A stretch of 64,000 bases of DNA. It comes from Tubiluchus corallicola (lineage: Eukaryota > Animalia > Priapulida). The stretch spans positions 248,001-312,000 of the forward strand of contig JAQGDQ010000008.1 in NCBI GenBank assembly GCA_030141605.1, given 5' to 3'. Under the pieces are notes generated by a model that saw nothing but the letters and a program-made list of their open reading frames with translations, was not told the origin of the DNA and searched no databases. Position numbers and translations under genes: made by a program. Positions 26,001 through 37,622 of this stretch are shown piece by piece. How positions within the stretch are numbered: position 1 is the first letter of the stretch; each line of letters begins with the position of its first letter.

Positions 26001-29000
26001 ACGAGGACAAACAGCAAGGCTTTTAAAAAGTGGGCCGACTTTGCCTCTAGTCCCAGCTATAGAAACCACAACTACAGGGACACAAATAGTGTCCTGCTTT
26101 CGCAAAAAATAAAGCAAGCGTTCCCCAGGCCCCAATCTGTATTTGTTTATTTGCGGGAACGCTTCAAAAAAGCCTTGGGAATATTTTACATTTTTAAACG
26201 CAAACAATTAGACAATGCCGTCAAATAAAAAAATCCTATGGTATTATATGAATTTATTTTTTACTTGGATGTTTCAAAATTGTACAATAGTAAGAATGTT
26301 TCCGCAAAAATCTCAGCCTTACAGCATATCAAATTTTCTTAACCTGAAAAATTTGATATTGGCCTATAATTCTAAGATTTAAGCCATAGTTCTAAAAATT
26401 AAATAAACATCTTAAAAATATTAATACATCTATTATAATACATTGTTGAATTATACATATAATACATTATTACGGTTAATTATGTGCATTACTATTTTAC
26501 ATGCATATATTTGTTAAAAAAATGATTTGGCATCCACTTATATCATACTACTAAAATTCATTTAGTTTGATGATGCACTTTTTCGTAAGAGTGATAAAAA
26601 TTAAAACTGAAATAAAAGTCAATTTTTCATCTTCATCTGGAGAAAACATCGTGTCTCACATTAGCCATTAGCGACTCTATGGCATCGTGTCGATATTTTG
26701 TCTTGCACATACCGTGTTCCAACTCTGTGGTATGCAGCATTATTAGGAAATTATATGTTATTAGTGAAACTGACATGTACATGAGGTTATTGTAACGAAA
26801 ATAATATTCCACTGCTGTACAGGTCCACTCGACTTGTAAATTATCGAATTTTTTGTGAAATCTCACGGAAAACTTACTGCTATCAAACCTATAATTAATA
26901 TGAATGCGCGCATGAAAAGACGTTCTAGATAGATCTTTCGCGTGTAATTTTATTGAGTTTTACGTATTTTTTAGCTTCTGAATAGTGAAATTATTAGATT
27001 TGATGTGCACTTGTGTTACTGAAAGGTTCTGTACGTTGTTTATTTTGGATTTTTATTAGCTCTTTCTTTGATAACCTCACCTCTTTTAGTTAAAACACCT
27101 TGAACATTTGGCTTCGATAGTTGAGTTTGACAATTTGAACACTTCAGTTCAAGGAAATTCAAAAGTGACATTCAAAGTGACATGTTACATCGCGCTATAA
27201 CTGCCCTTTTAAATACGTGCTTGACACTTCGCTTTAACCTTAACAAGTCAGCCGTTATTATTGATTAGCAAATTTGTTTTTCTGGTTGAATATAGTTTTT
27301 CTGTCCTAGGTAAAAAACAAACTTCCACCAAAATTAGATCTATAAGCAAAATCCCATCCGAGCCACTTATGTTATTATGCTGTTCTTGATGTCCCTTCGT
27401 GACAATTTAAGTCTTAATAAAAATTGTATAAGTATTGTATATAAATTTTAAAATTAGCAATTAGTGGAACAAAATATCGTTTTTGGACATAGCTCTGGCC
27501 ATCTCTTTTCTCCATAAATTGCTGCCTTTTGCTGCACCCCACGTGCTTGAGTCTTTCATATTTAATTTAACGTTGCTAAAATCTTTAGGTATTGTCGCTA
27601 CGCTTTTTGCTGGAAGTTTTATTCCTATCCACAAAAGCCAATCAGGGCCTGTGTCTGTTGGTTGCTTCTTGATATTCAGTAAATTTTTATTAAACATTTG
27701 CTTTTATATTAGCGCATTACAAATTGATACAAAAACGTAAGCACGATGCCTAATTTGTGTAGTAATGATGTCGAAAGATTTTGTTTAGGAGTCCATTCCT
27801 TGTGCGAAGGTACTCCCTTGCTAAAATCAAGTTTTCGTCTAAGCTCTAAGCCTTAATAACGAACAGCTTTTAGAGATTTACGTTAGGTTAACTTCTTGTT
27901 AAAACTTTGCATATACACGGAGCCTTGTAGAAAAGACTTCATTTGGTTGGGGATTTTTCTGCAAGGAAAACTTGATAGATGTGAACCTACCTTACTAATA
28001 TAAATTCGATCTCGACCATTATGAAAAACAGCATTCTAAAGCACAATTCACTGCTGTTATTTAATACTTTTTGGCTTATCTGTGACCCACTTAATTGCAG
28101 TTTTAAAAATCCAACCCTATACTCAATTATGTATAATGCTAAGGTATTTTATTCTTGGATTCCGGTTTCGTAGAAATATGGCGAGTCAAATTGTTGTGCA
28201 TTTCAATGACGTGAGACTTTGATGTTAGCATTCAGTCTAATGATTAATGCGAAATATTTCCTGGTTTGAACTTCCGATTTTAACCTACACCAAACACTTG
28301 CTTAACAGTAGCAAAGAACTGCGCGTTTTCAACACAAATTAACGAGATTTTAATGGGGCCAGGCAAATATTAATTTGATTGGAAGAGACTGTTTTATTGT
28401 CATTTAAATGCGAAAAGGTTTCCAGTGCGATACGTCGTACATTTTTCAAGTTTTTCCGGGACAATAAATTATGTTTACAAGCTTTTAAGTATCAAATTTC
28501 ACAGAAATCACAAATCATTCTAGGTGAAAGCGTATTGCCACCGTACAGAGAATAATAAATTAGAAAAATATAATTTAGTTTTGCTTCGTCTAGTTTCGTT
28601 TTGTTTGCTTTATTTACTTCTACTTTACCTTGCCATGCTTTATCTTAACGTACCGTACCGTACTTTACCCTACTTTTCTTTGCTGTTTTGTTGCGTTTTA
28701 TTTTGTTTTGTTTTGGTTTGTTTAATTCATTAGTGCCAATCACAAATTCGTGTATAAATACAAAAATAAAGGGATTCAAAGTGCAGCAAAAATTTATCCG
28801 CAGTTTGTGCAAACTACAGACGGTGTTATATTCTTACCATGATATTTAGAGAGTTATACCAAATCAAAAAATGGCACTAAAAATTCTGAAGTGTTTGGAA
28901 GTAATTGATTTAAGCAATGTGGTAATTAGACAATACACTCGAACAAAAACTCCTACCACAGTAAGCAACCCTGAGTTATACATTTTCTTTTTCAATGCAT

Positions 29001-32000
29001 TTGTGTCACACTGCATTTACTTATACACGGGCCCTAATCATTAACAAATTCTAATTGCTTGTCTCTTCATATTACCTGTCGGCCGAAACTCAAGTTTCTT
29101 ATTTTAAGCGACTGTTACTGGCAACTAATTGACCGTTTGTCATCAACACCTGTTTGGCATGTCCATACGCACAGGTGTTTCTCTGGGCACAAAGGAGACC
29201 TAAAAAATGCAATTTCATAATTGGTTATCCGAAGTCTTCTCTCGTCGTTATCTCCTTCTTGTGTGGGATGCGGGTTAAAGCAGTAAGCATCTCAAATCAG
29301 CATGTGCCTCACTATTAAGGGCGCCCTCAATGAACGCTTTCTGTTATTTTTACTAATCCTTCATCTTTAGTCTGGTCACCTACAGTGCAACGTTTTCAAG
29401 TGAAGTTTAGGCAAGTCTATATATCTCAGTGTTAACTACTTCCCCGAGGCATAAAAAAGAAACTGAATGTTTCAACAAGGCATATGTGTTGGCCTAAACG
29501 AGGATTTACATTGATGTTGAAGAGTACTTTACGTAAAATAGCCTTGGCTATTAATAACTACCCACAAGTGGTTCTAACAGAAGAAATAATCGCTCAAACA
29601 CAGCCCCATGTATATGTGTTGTACAAATATTACTGCATAAATCGATTTGACACACTTTAACTTGTTCTACATTTCGTGCGATTGACAGATTTTTGCTCTT
29701 TTCTCTTCCAGAGAAAGCGTGGAAACAGGATGGGGAAATAGATAGTATTACGACTACGCGAAATCGCTTGGGAGCTTCAAAAAAGCAAGCCGAGAAGGCG
29801 TCTACGAAAAAGCCAGTTTTCCGAAACGGAAATGTGCCCGTTGTCAACGGTTACGTGCGTAGTGCAACTCAACGAAGCCTTATTGCGGACATGGCTAACC
29901 ACAAAATAGGCTTGCCAAGTGATTCCCCACCAAATGGGCAGACGAAGGTGCCATATAAATTCTTATCTAACGAGGAGAAAACGTACTGCAATGGACAAAG
30001 CACTATTGGTGAACTTAACCAGACGTCCAGAACAAACAGAGTTACCAAATTGGTTGTGAATGGTGTCTCAGAACGTGGCAGTATTTGGGAACTTCGTAAA
30101 ATGAGAATGCGTAAAAATCAGAAGAATTGTCAACCGCACGGAGATTCTGAATGGATGAATCATTTTTCTAATTCTGGTAGTGATTCACGATGTTCATCCA
30201 GTCCTACAACAGAAACTACAAACTTACATGGCAACAATGTCCAAAAAACACACAGGCACACAAATGGCCATGGATTCCATTCTCTAGATGAAGCAGACAG
30301 TGATAGTGCTGGAGAATGGTCACTTGTCAATAACACACCCATGTTCCAAGATGGAACAGCACCCACTCATGTGCATAAGAATGTTTTAAATGCTCAACTG
30401 AATAACTGTGTTGCCCAGTCTTCTGCAAATCTAGGTTCGGATTTGTGTGATAGTTCTGACATGAAGTTGGGACTCATGGTTCAAGCTGAATTTCATCGAG
30501 AAAATGGTCGGCTGCCAGCTAATTTCAACAATGAAAGTTTACCGTCATTGACAAACAAACCAGCACTGTCACCAGACATGTTTTTGTGGGAGTATGGTGA
30601 CAGTGACAGTGAGGATGAGGGAAGACCTCCTGACATGTGGCCTGATGGTAATCATGAGAATAGTTATGATAGAACTGCCCCATTGCATTATGCTAAGCGA
30701 CTTAACGGATGCAATGAAATTGCAGGAAATGACTGCTCTCACCATAATGGTGTAAGAGATAAAGCTATTAATAATGCACAGTTACAGAACGGATGCAAAT
30801 TTGATGAATACGGCCACATGCCCTTGGGATTTGTTCCAAAGTCGGTTACATCTTTTGACATGCCTAATCACTTAGTGTCTGTGTCAGATTATTCGAAAGC
30901 AGGTTTATCTGCCTCTTATCACAGCACTTGTGGGTACAAAACTCCTAGTATTGGCCCAAAGCAGAGTAGCTCTATGTCGGTGTCCACTAGTTCTTTAACA
31001 GTGTCAACCGAGTCAATGACATCACCTAATGGCGATGATTGGAGCTTGCCTAGTTATAAACGGGATCATACCTTTGGAGCACAAATGACAGTTCCACAGT
31101 CTCAAAGATGTTTCAGTGATGACAACGATGAAAGCAAGGTGAATGGTTTCAGTGAGAATGTTAGTCCTAGAAGTAAATCAATGCGAGCTAGAAGAGCAAG
31201 AGCAGAAAAACTTAGGCCAAGCAGAAGGCAAAGAGATGCAAGGTCTTCAAGAAGTTCCCGATCCTCTTCTTTGCATCGAATGGACTCAACTTCTTCTAGT
31301 GATGAATCAAGTTCAAGTGAAACACCACTAAACCTGAGCAAATCACAGCCATCCATCACAGATTGGTATCGAAAAAATTTCACCAGAAAGTCATCTCGAA
31401 CTTCTGGCAATCCCAATATGTGCTCTTCGTTTGCAACTCTCATTGATGTTGTCTTATTAAAAATATTATCTCACCTTACTACAGATGACTTATGTGTATG
31501 TTCTAGAGTTTGCAAACATTGGTACAATGCTGTATGGCATCCAAATCTCTGGTCTAACATTGTGATACGAAATCACAGTTATAACCTCGATTTGGCATTG
31601 AAAATGATAACGGCAAAATTGGACCAATCAACACCAAGCATTTGTTTACCAACCAACAAGATCATTCTTACTAAGTGTGAGAAAATGACTGATAATGGCT
31701 TAGCAGTAATTGCCTCAAGATGTCCTGAGCTAAGACATCTCGAGATTATTGGTTGCCCAAACATTACCAACAATGCTGTGTTCAAACTAGTGGGAAAGTG
31801 TAAATTATTGGAACATCTAAATCTAACAGGTAACTATAATTTTGCACTTAATAGTTTTTCATAACAGATTTTCATTTGGAACATTATTTGCAACAATTAT
31901 TAGAATAAATTTTGTTATTTAACTAAATAACCTAGATGATGAATTATGGAAACCTTCATAATCAAAAAGTTTGGTAAAATCAGCCGAGAAGAAAGTCTCA

Positions 32001-33263
32001 CCATTCATATTCTTTTATACTTTTTAAATCTTTGTACGTTTTCAAAAAATTGAGTCTTAGGTCAGTAACGATAAAGTACTACCTATTTACAGTTGCTCAT
32101 GATAAAACAGTACTACTCATTTATGGAGTAGTTGTTATTGTGCTGTTGTTGTTGTTGTTGATGATGATGATGGTTACAATGATGATATTTACTATGATGG
32201 CATCGATGTTTCGATAATGATGATATTGACGATGATGATGATGATAACGATGATGATGATGATGCTAAGGATGCAACTGGTTATGGTGGTATACTCATGA
32301 CATACTAATAATAGTGGCAATGATGAATAAATGTGAGCATTAGTAATCATGTTATTATGAATACCACATTATGAGCATCATGTTCAAAGTATTGACGGGA
32401 TTGACAGTACTGAAGATCTTGATTCTGTAAATAACTGAATCCTCATCCTCAGTATAATTACTGTTTAACGTTATGTTATGGTGAGTGGCTGTTAAAGGTT
32501 TTGCTTGATTATCATTATAGGTTGTTCCTCTGTGTCGAATCTCTCATCTTCAGAAAATGGAAGGGCCCACAAAGACTTCGCTCAGATCTCATCATCAAAG
32601 CAAATCAACTTGCGATATCTGGACATGACAGACTGTCTACAGCTGGACGATGAAGGAGTTAAAACTATAGCATCTCATTGTGAGAACTTGCGACATCTCT
32701 ATCTACGTCGCTGTGCCAATGTGAGTGACGTTGGAGTACAACACATTGCTAACCATTGCAAGCAGCTGAAAGAAATCAGTATTTGTGACTGTACAAACGC
32801 AACAGATGTCTCCCTACAGGAACTGTCAAGGCTCGGACAACAGCTGAGGTATCTTAGTGCTGCCAAGTGTGAAAAGATTTCTGATAAGGGTATAGTCCTG
32901 ATCGCCCAGAACTGCACAAAGTTAAGATACCTGAATGTGCGCGGTTGTGAAGCGGTAACAAATGAAAGCCTTACTGCACTTGCGCAGAACTGTCCACGTC
33001 TACGCTCCGTGGACATTGGGAAATGTAGTATTAGCGACAGTGGTGTAGAACTTTTGGCACAAAGTTGCACTAAGTTGAAAAAGCTTAGTTTGAAGGCATG
33101 TACACAGATTACAGAGAAAGGGCTCATTTTATTAGCTTATCATGCACGTGGGCTTCAGCAGTTAAATGTTCAGGAGTGCGAATTAAGCAGTGAGGCATAT
33201 AGGACAATCAAACGGTTTTGTAAAAAATGTCTCATTGAGCACACCAACCTGGGACTTCACTAA
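417..33263 (+). CDS. FBXL7: F-box/LRR-repeat protein 7 orthologue, proposed full model: join(417..462,9996..10127,18510..18584,24273..24335,29712..31829,32521..33263), ~1058 aa (1033 aa without the 18510 exon)
   Basis: All introns are GT-AG and phase 1, and the joined frame is open. The F-box plus LRR region closely follows recalled FBXL7 (LCVCSRVCKHWYNAVWHPNLW, RYLDMTDC, HLYLRRC, C-terminal CKKCLIEHTN). The upstream exons are inferred from splice signals and frame compatibility only. Confidence 0.7.
3114..4108. mobile_element. Long imperfect inverted-repeat (foldback/MITE-like) element
   Basis: ~3165-3478 is an imperfect reverse complement of ~3690-4016 (e.g. GAAAGTTACAAGTTTAT / ATAAACTTGTAGCTTTC; GGCCGCACGGAGCCGTTT / AAACGGCTCTGTGCGGCC; AGAAAATAAAGCAC / GTGCTTTATTTTCT). 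Confidence 0.75.
5473..5600 (-). mobile_element. Probable LINE/SINE 3' end (CR1/L2-like tail)
   Basis: Minus strand ends ...CCCGACTTCAAATAAAGTTTGATTTGATGTGATTT: AATAAA followed by a short (TTTGA)n tail. Confidence 0.45.
6295..6407. repeat. Near-perfect inverted repeat, 46-bp arms (44/46), 21-nt loop
   Basis: 6295-6340 pairs with 6362-6407. Confidence 0.9.
9208..9274 (+). CDS. Candidate alternative first coding exon of FBXL7 (MLRELEGGGVAECHCMCSATDV)
   Basis: ATG at 9208, 67 nt to a perfect GTAAGT donor at 9275 (phase 1, compatible with the 9996 exon). Confidence 0.35.
9996..10127 (+). CDS. FBXL7: Putative FBXL7 internal exon (DTKNSSFSVDSDYATSEASTCVESAFSQYKPVVIMKKKKRSPYT)
   Basis: Acceptor cattttacag, donor CAG|GTATG, 132 nt, phase 1-1, open frame; the Ser-rich start resembles recalled vertebrate exon 2 (KGSSSISSD); contains a KKKKR basic cluster. 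Confidence 0.7.
11906..12078. repeat. Palindrome with ACGTTTCGAC/GTCGAAACGT core, Penelope-like element terminal remnant
   Basis: Core arms 11955-11993 and 12001-12039 pair 37/39 around a 7-nt loop; weaker pairing extends outward (AACACAACTTTAT / ATAAAGTTGTGTT). Confidence 0.65.
12776..12944. mobile_element. Possible small PIF/Harbinger-like MITE
   Basis: Imperfect TIRs GGGGCCTTTCACACAAGAC / GTCTTTTGTGAAAAG; TAA on the left flank. Confidence 0.3.
17955..18402. repeat. Degenerate (CAT)n trinucleotide tract
   Basis: Decayed CAT/CGT/CAG triplets; explains the Asp-rich and Met/Ile-rich spurious ORFs. Confidence 0.85.
18510..18584 (+). CDS. Putative FBXL7 cassette exon (AFLPRDQRDLCACNSEGSCTCAVNQ)
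   Basis: Acceptor gttttcttttag, donor AAG|GTAAA, 75 nt, phase 1-1, open frame. Confidence 0.5.
21850..22440. repeat. Minisatellite, ~20-bp unit ATCRTAATCGTAAACCCTGT, >20 diverged copies
   Basis: Direct reading of tandem units; a variant unit TGTGCTTATAAA alternates in the right half. Confidence 0.9.
22946..23029. repeat. (GA)n microsatellite
   Basis: Direct. Confidence 0.97.
24273..24335 (+). CDS. FBXL7: Putative FBXL7 internal exon (VAKNEVPVPNWEDMMDELTEL)
   Basis: Long T-tract acceptor ending ttttag at 24272, donor TAG|GTAAG, 63 nt, phase 1-1; splices in frame into the large exon (..ELTEL-E-KAWKQ..). Confidence 0.72.
29712..31829 (+). CDS. FBXL7: FBXL7 large exon: long low-complexity N-terminal region, F-box and first LRRs
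   Basis: ORF 29693..31864; acceptor ttttgctcttttctcttccag ends at 29711; donor ACAG|GTAACT at 31829/31830; F-box LIDVVLLKILSHLTTDDLCVCSRVCKHWYNAVWHPNLW. Confidence 0.93.
32125..32330. repeat. Degenerate (GTT)n/(GAT)n tract in the last FBXL7 intron
   Basis: Direct. Confidence 0.85.
32521..33263 (+). CDS. FBXL7: FBXL7 last exon: cysteine-containing LRRs
   Basis: Acceptor atcattatag ends at 32520; joins as ...HLNLTG|CSSV...; repeated LxxLxLxxCxxITD motifs; stop TAA at 33261-33263. Confidence 0.95.
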
Positions 33264-34324
33264 ATACTTTGCAAACTTTATCCTTTCCAAACAGATAAAG
33301 TTATTAACAGTGTAAAGTTTAGAACTCATCCGTTTCATTAAATAGTACTGACATGACAATTTAATGTGCGTTTGACTACTGTTTGGCTGGTATTTGCATG
33401 ACATTGTTTTAGCTGACTTTTAATTATCATTAATTTTAGTGTATTTGCAATCAGATGTAAAAACACGCAAGAAAACAAAATCCCGCACAATCCTGTGCTT
33501 AACTAGCTAAACCCCCATAATGAATGTGAACTTTAAATAGTTTTTTAAATTTAAAAAATGAAATTAAAGTACATTAAATCACTGATTGAGAACAATAGAA
33601 TTTACCCAGTTTTTAATAGCTGCTAGCTTTTGATACTGTTATTCATTTTTCAGTAGGTGATTTCAGATAACATTGTAACTTTTACATGGCTGCTGCTGCC
33701 ATCTGTACAGTAATTGTTGAATTAATGAAAGCTAATATCTTTTTATTGTGATCATGTATACAATTATGATTTCTACATCTGATTTTGACTATAATTAATT
33801 AGTAATTTCATCTTAGTTTGCATATTATAATACAAATTAGATAAAAAGGCAATAATTAGAATTTATTATTACTGCGTATTTGACTGTTTTAATATGCTTT
33901 AAATGTTTTAATATGTACATAATGATTTTTCAACAATAGACAATAGAAAAGAAAAGTGATGCCTTATGAATGCTTGTTTTTATTTTGTTTGTTCAACAGT
34001 AACATTCATATATTTACACACATTTGTTGTGTAAATACCGAGGCAAATATATTTTATCAACCATGCACTATATTATGCAAACAGCAATCACATTTAGTAA
34101 TCTCTAAACAAATATAGCATAGAGGAAAATGAGCACAACAATTAGCACAACATCAATGCTTGAGGTGTTGTAAAACAACATCAGATCACGCTTATATCTG
34201 CTATAATATACGTATGGCGAGTGAAAGGTCAGTTTTGTTCCTCTCAGAAAATTTTGTCGGTACTGATGACCACTAGTTAGTTCTGCCGCTCTGCGTGGAT
34301 TGGTGTCCGAAACTTGACGATTTT

Positions 34325-36288
34325 TCAGCACGCATGAAATTGGACCAAAATTATAATGTAAGACAAAATCCCACTGAATATCTAAAGATAAAATGTACAA
34401 TACACTAATAAAAAATAAGTAAGTTAAAGACACATAACAAACTCGGTTATTAATTACTTACATAGTATTTTAGCAACGCCCGGCAAGTCCAAATTGTCAG
34501 ATACCTGACTATTAAATGATCAATAATGATCACTTAATGATGAAGAATGTGCGAACATAACAGTTGACGGCTTGCTTGTGCAGAAAGTAATGCAAATTAA
34601 ATGGTGAAAAGCAGATTAACTTAAGTCCCAATAACAAATTGTCGAGTTTCAATGTTACAGTCATGTAATTTGCTGCAATAACGATAAAATGAAACAACAG
34701 TTTCACTAAAAAAAAATTTCCAATATGTATTGATATTGTTTGTCATATAGTACCACTAATTTTGTATGCGGTGTGCATTAAACTCCAAACGAAATCATTG
34801 GCCGGAAATTCGAAGCATAATGTTACATCGTCATCATGAACTGACTTCAAAAACGTTAGTAGTAATAATTTTTACAGCAATGTTTTTTAAATTTCACAAA
34901 TACTTTTTGCTACTTACTGCAACGACCATGCTCCGTGTGACAAGGAAATACTTTAAACCATCTATTCCATATTGCCTTGCTCTTAACTGAAGTAAAAATG
35001 CGTCAAGCTAAATAAAATAAACAAAAAAGTTGTAGCTGTACACTACCATTTCTTGAATTGCTTAAACTTACATTAGTAAGTTTTTGGATTTTGAAATGCC
35101 AAGTTTTAGGTTATGAAATTTGATCTGTTTTTTATACAGTTTGGCAGACTATATGTCATTATATCAGCACCTACAGTGGCAGTTGTAGCGGGACCGGAAT
35201 CAAAGACAATCCTAACTCTAGGACGCAATACTGACTGCAAGAGTTGCCATAGTAAACACTCGAATGCCTGCACAAGTACACATTTTCCTTCTACAAGACG
35301 GTTGTCGGGTTAGTGTGGAGATGAAACTTGTTCCCAGTGATCACACATACATTTACTAACGAGGTTCAAGGTACTTAACTTCGGTTGCTAATTTTATAGT
35401 GTGCCCACTCAGCTGCGTCATTCACTTAAATCATGGGCTAAGCAACAATTTTTTATCACCTCAGACGTATCTGGTTCGTTGAGTCTTCTTCTCTCGATCC
35501 TTAGCAACTCGTTGATGGGTAAATGAATCTGAAAAACAAGTTGCAGTGTTAGCATGATAATCTCTTAAGTGTTTATCTAATATTACCAGTGACCATTCAT
35601 AGACAATTTACTATCACTGATAGTACTTGTGCAAGCTCTACTGTAACTGGATAGTTTACAGTAACCAGCTTATAACGTCGTTAGTGGTTTGCTTTTTTTA
35701 AATTAAACTCAGACACCCACTCAAGAAGAGCTGGTTTGGGAATAGGACCGGTGGCACAACTGTAGACAGCGGTATAGTCAGGGGTACATTTATGGTTTTT
35801 TTTTAAAAAAGTAGTCCAGAATGCAAAGCATTACTTTACTCGCTTGCTAGACAAACGTACGCACGCACATACGCTTTTCGTGCACGTAACTGTAAAATAT
35901 ACAAACTTCTAGTTACATGCTATTTTTCGGGTGATGCCCTTCCGTTAGTTATTAAACAATTTTTCTGCAATCATACTTTGTTGTGACGTTACAACACTAA
36001 GAAAAGTTTCACGCCATCCTGCTTGAAGACTTACATAATTAGAAAAGAAAATTATTATTTATTTAAAATGTTTTCACGAATTGGTAAAATGTCATTACCT
36101 CCAAGGTGCACCACTCTCTAACAAAAAAATTTATTTTTAATTTTATTGACAAGATGTAGTAATTTAAAATTTTACTTAGTTAGTGACGTGTGCACTACGA
36201 ATGCTCTGTTTATTTTTTCAAACTTTACTCTAACTTGCTTATCTAACTTGCTTCAAATGACTTATCGTAAAAATGGCTGCGTCTAACG

Positions 36289-36386
<98 letters not shown>

Positions 36387-36976
36387 AAGTCTTTTATTAA
36401 ACAATGCATACATTGTTTCCCCTCTATTTGCAGGGGTCCGTTTACAAAATATAAATTTACAATAACAAGATTATACATAATGCCAATTTAGAATAAATTT
36501 AAAATACATACATAGTTTACCCTATAATATATACAATATAACGACTAACTCAATACCTGTTCTTCTGTAAATACAATTTGAATTAATTTATAGCATTTTT
36601 TTCGCACAACATCTCTAACTATATTTACATATGCCTGGCACACATCTTCATCTCTGTTTAGATAAATCTCGCTTATGTTGGCTGAGGGCAGAATTTGTCT
36701 TAAATTTATCCGAAATTGATGGTCTACCAAGTCACAGTCAAATATAATGTGTTCTGGTGTTTGAGGATTTGCATTATTACAATGACAACAATCTGTATTT
36801 TGTTCGCCTATTCTATACCGAAATGATTTAGTTCCTCTATTTAAAAGTAAGTTTAATGCAGTTGTTTCAATAAGCCTATCGTAATGCGTTAGTGGTAGAC
36901 ACAGTGGCGTTAACATAGGTGTAGGTCTATCTTGTGGTAAATTTGCTATTTGGGTACAATAATAAAATCTTCTTTC

Positions 36977-37023
<47 letters not shown>

Positions 37024-37438
37024 CACGAGAGAGAGAGATTATTATTATTAGTGTTGTTGGTTTGAAGAAACCAAAAAACTTGAAATTTAGTTTTGAGATT
37101 TTATTCTGAAATGTCTACATAAACACTGAAGTAGTATCATGTTGAAAAGCAGAAAACCAAGTGACCAAAACTACAGGTGAAATCATTTAGGTGTGAAAAC
37201 AGGTTTAGAGATTATGCATTCATGAAGACTGTAGAAGCCAATGAAATTTAAACAGTAAAGAGAAAGATTTAACAATTTTAACAAGAACAGCTGAAGGTGG
37301 CAGCACTATCCAAAACTCAAAAAAGTATGATGACAATACAACATAAATTTAAATTTAAGAGTAATTAAAATGATTTTCTTCTGTCCAGTTGTTATTGTTA
37401 TTGTTATTATTTTTATTATCATTATTATTATTATTATT

Positions 37439-37473
<35 letters not shown>

Positions 37474-37486
37474 TATTATTATTATT

Positions 37487-37533
<47 letters not shown>

Positions 37534-37570
37534 TATTATTATTATTATTATTATTATCATCATCGTCATC

Positions 37571-37622
<52 letters not shown>

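Noticed and set aside
36273-36491. RE-repeat ORF ([11 protein letters not shown]...)
   Set aside because: Reading through (GA)n and an antisense LINE UTR.
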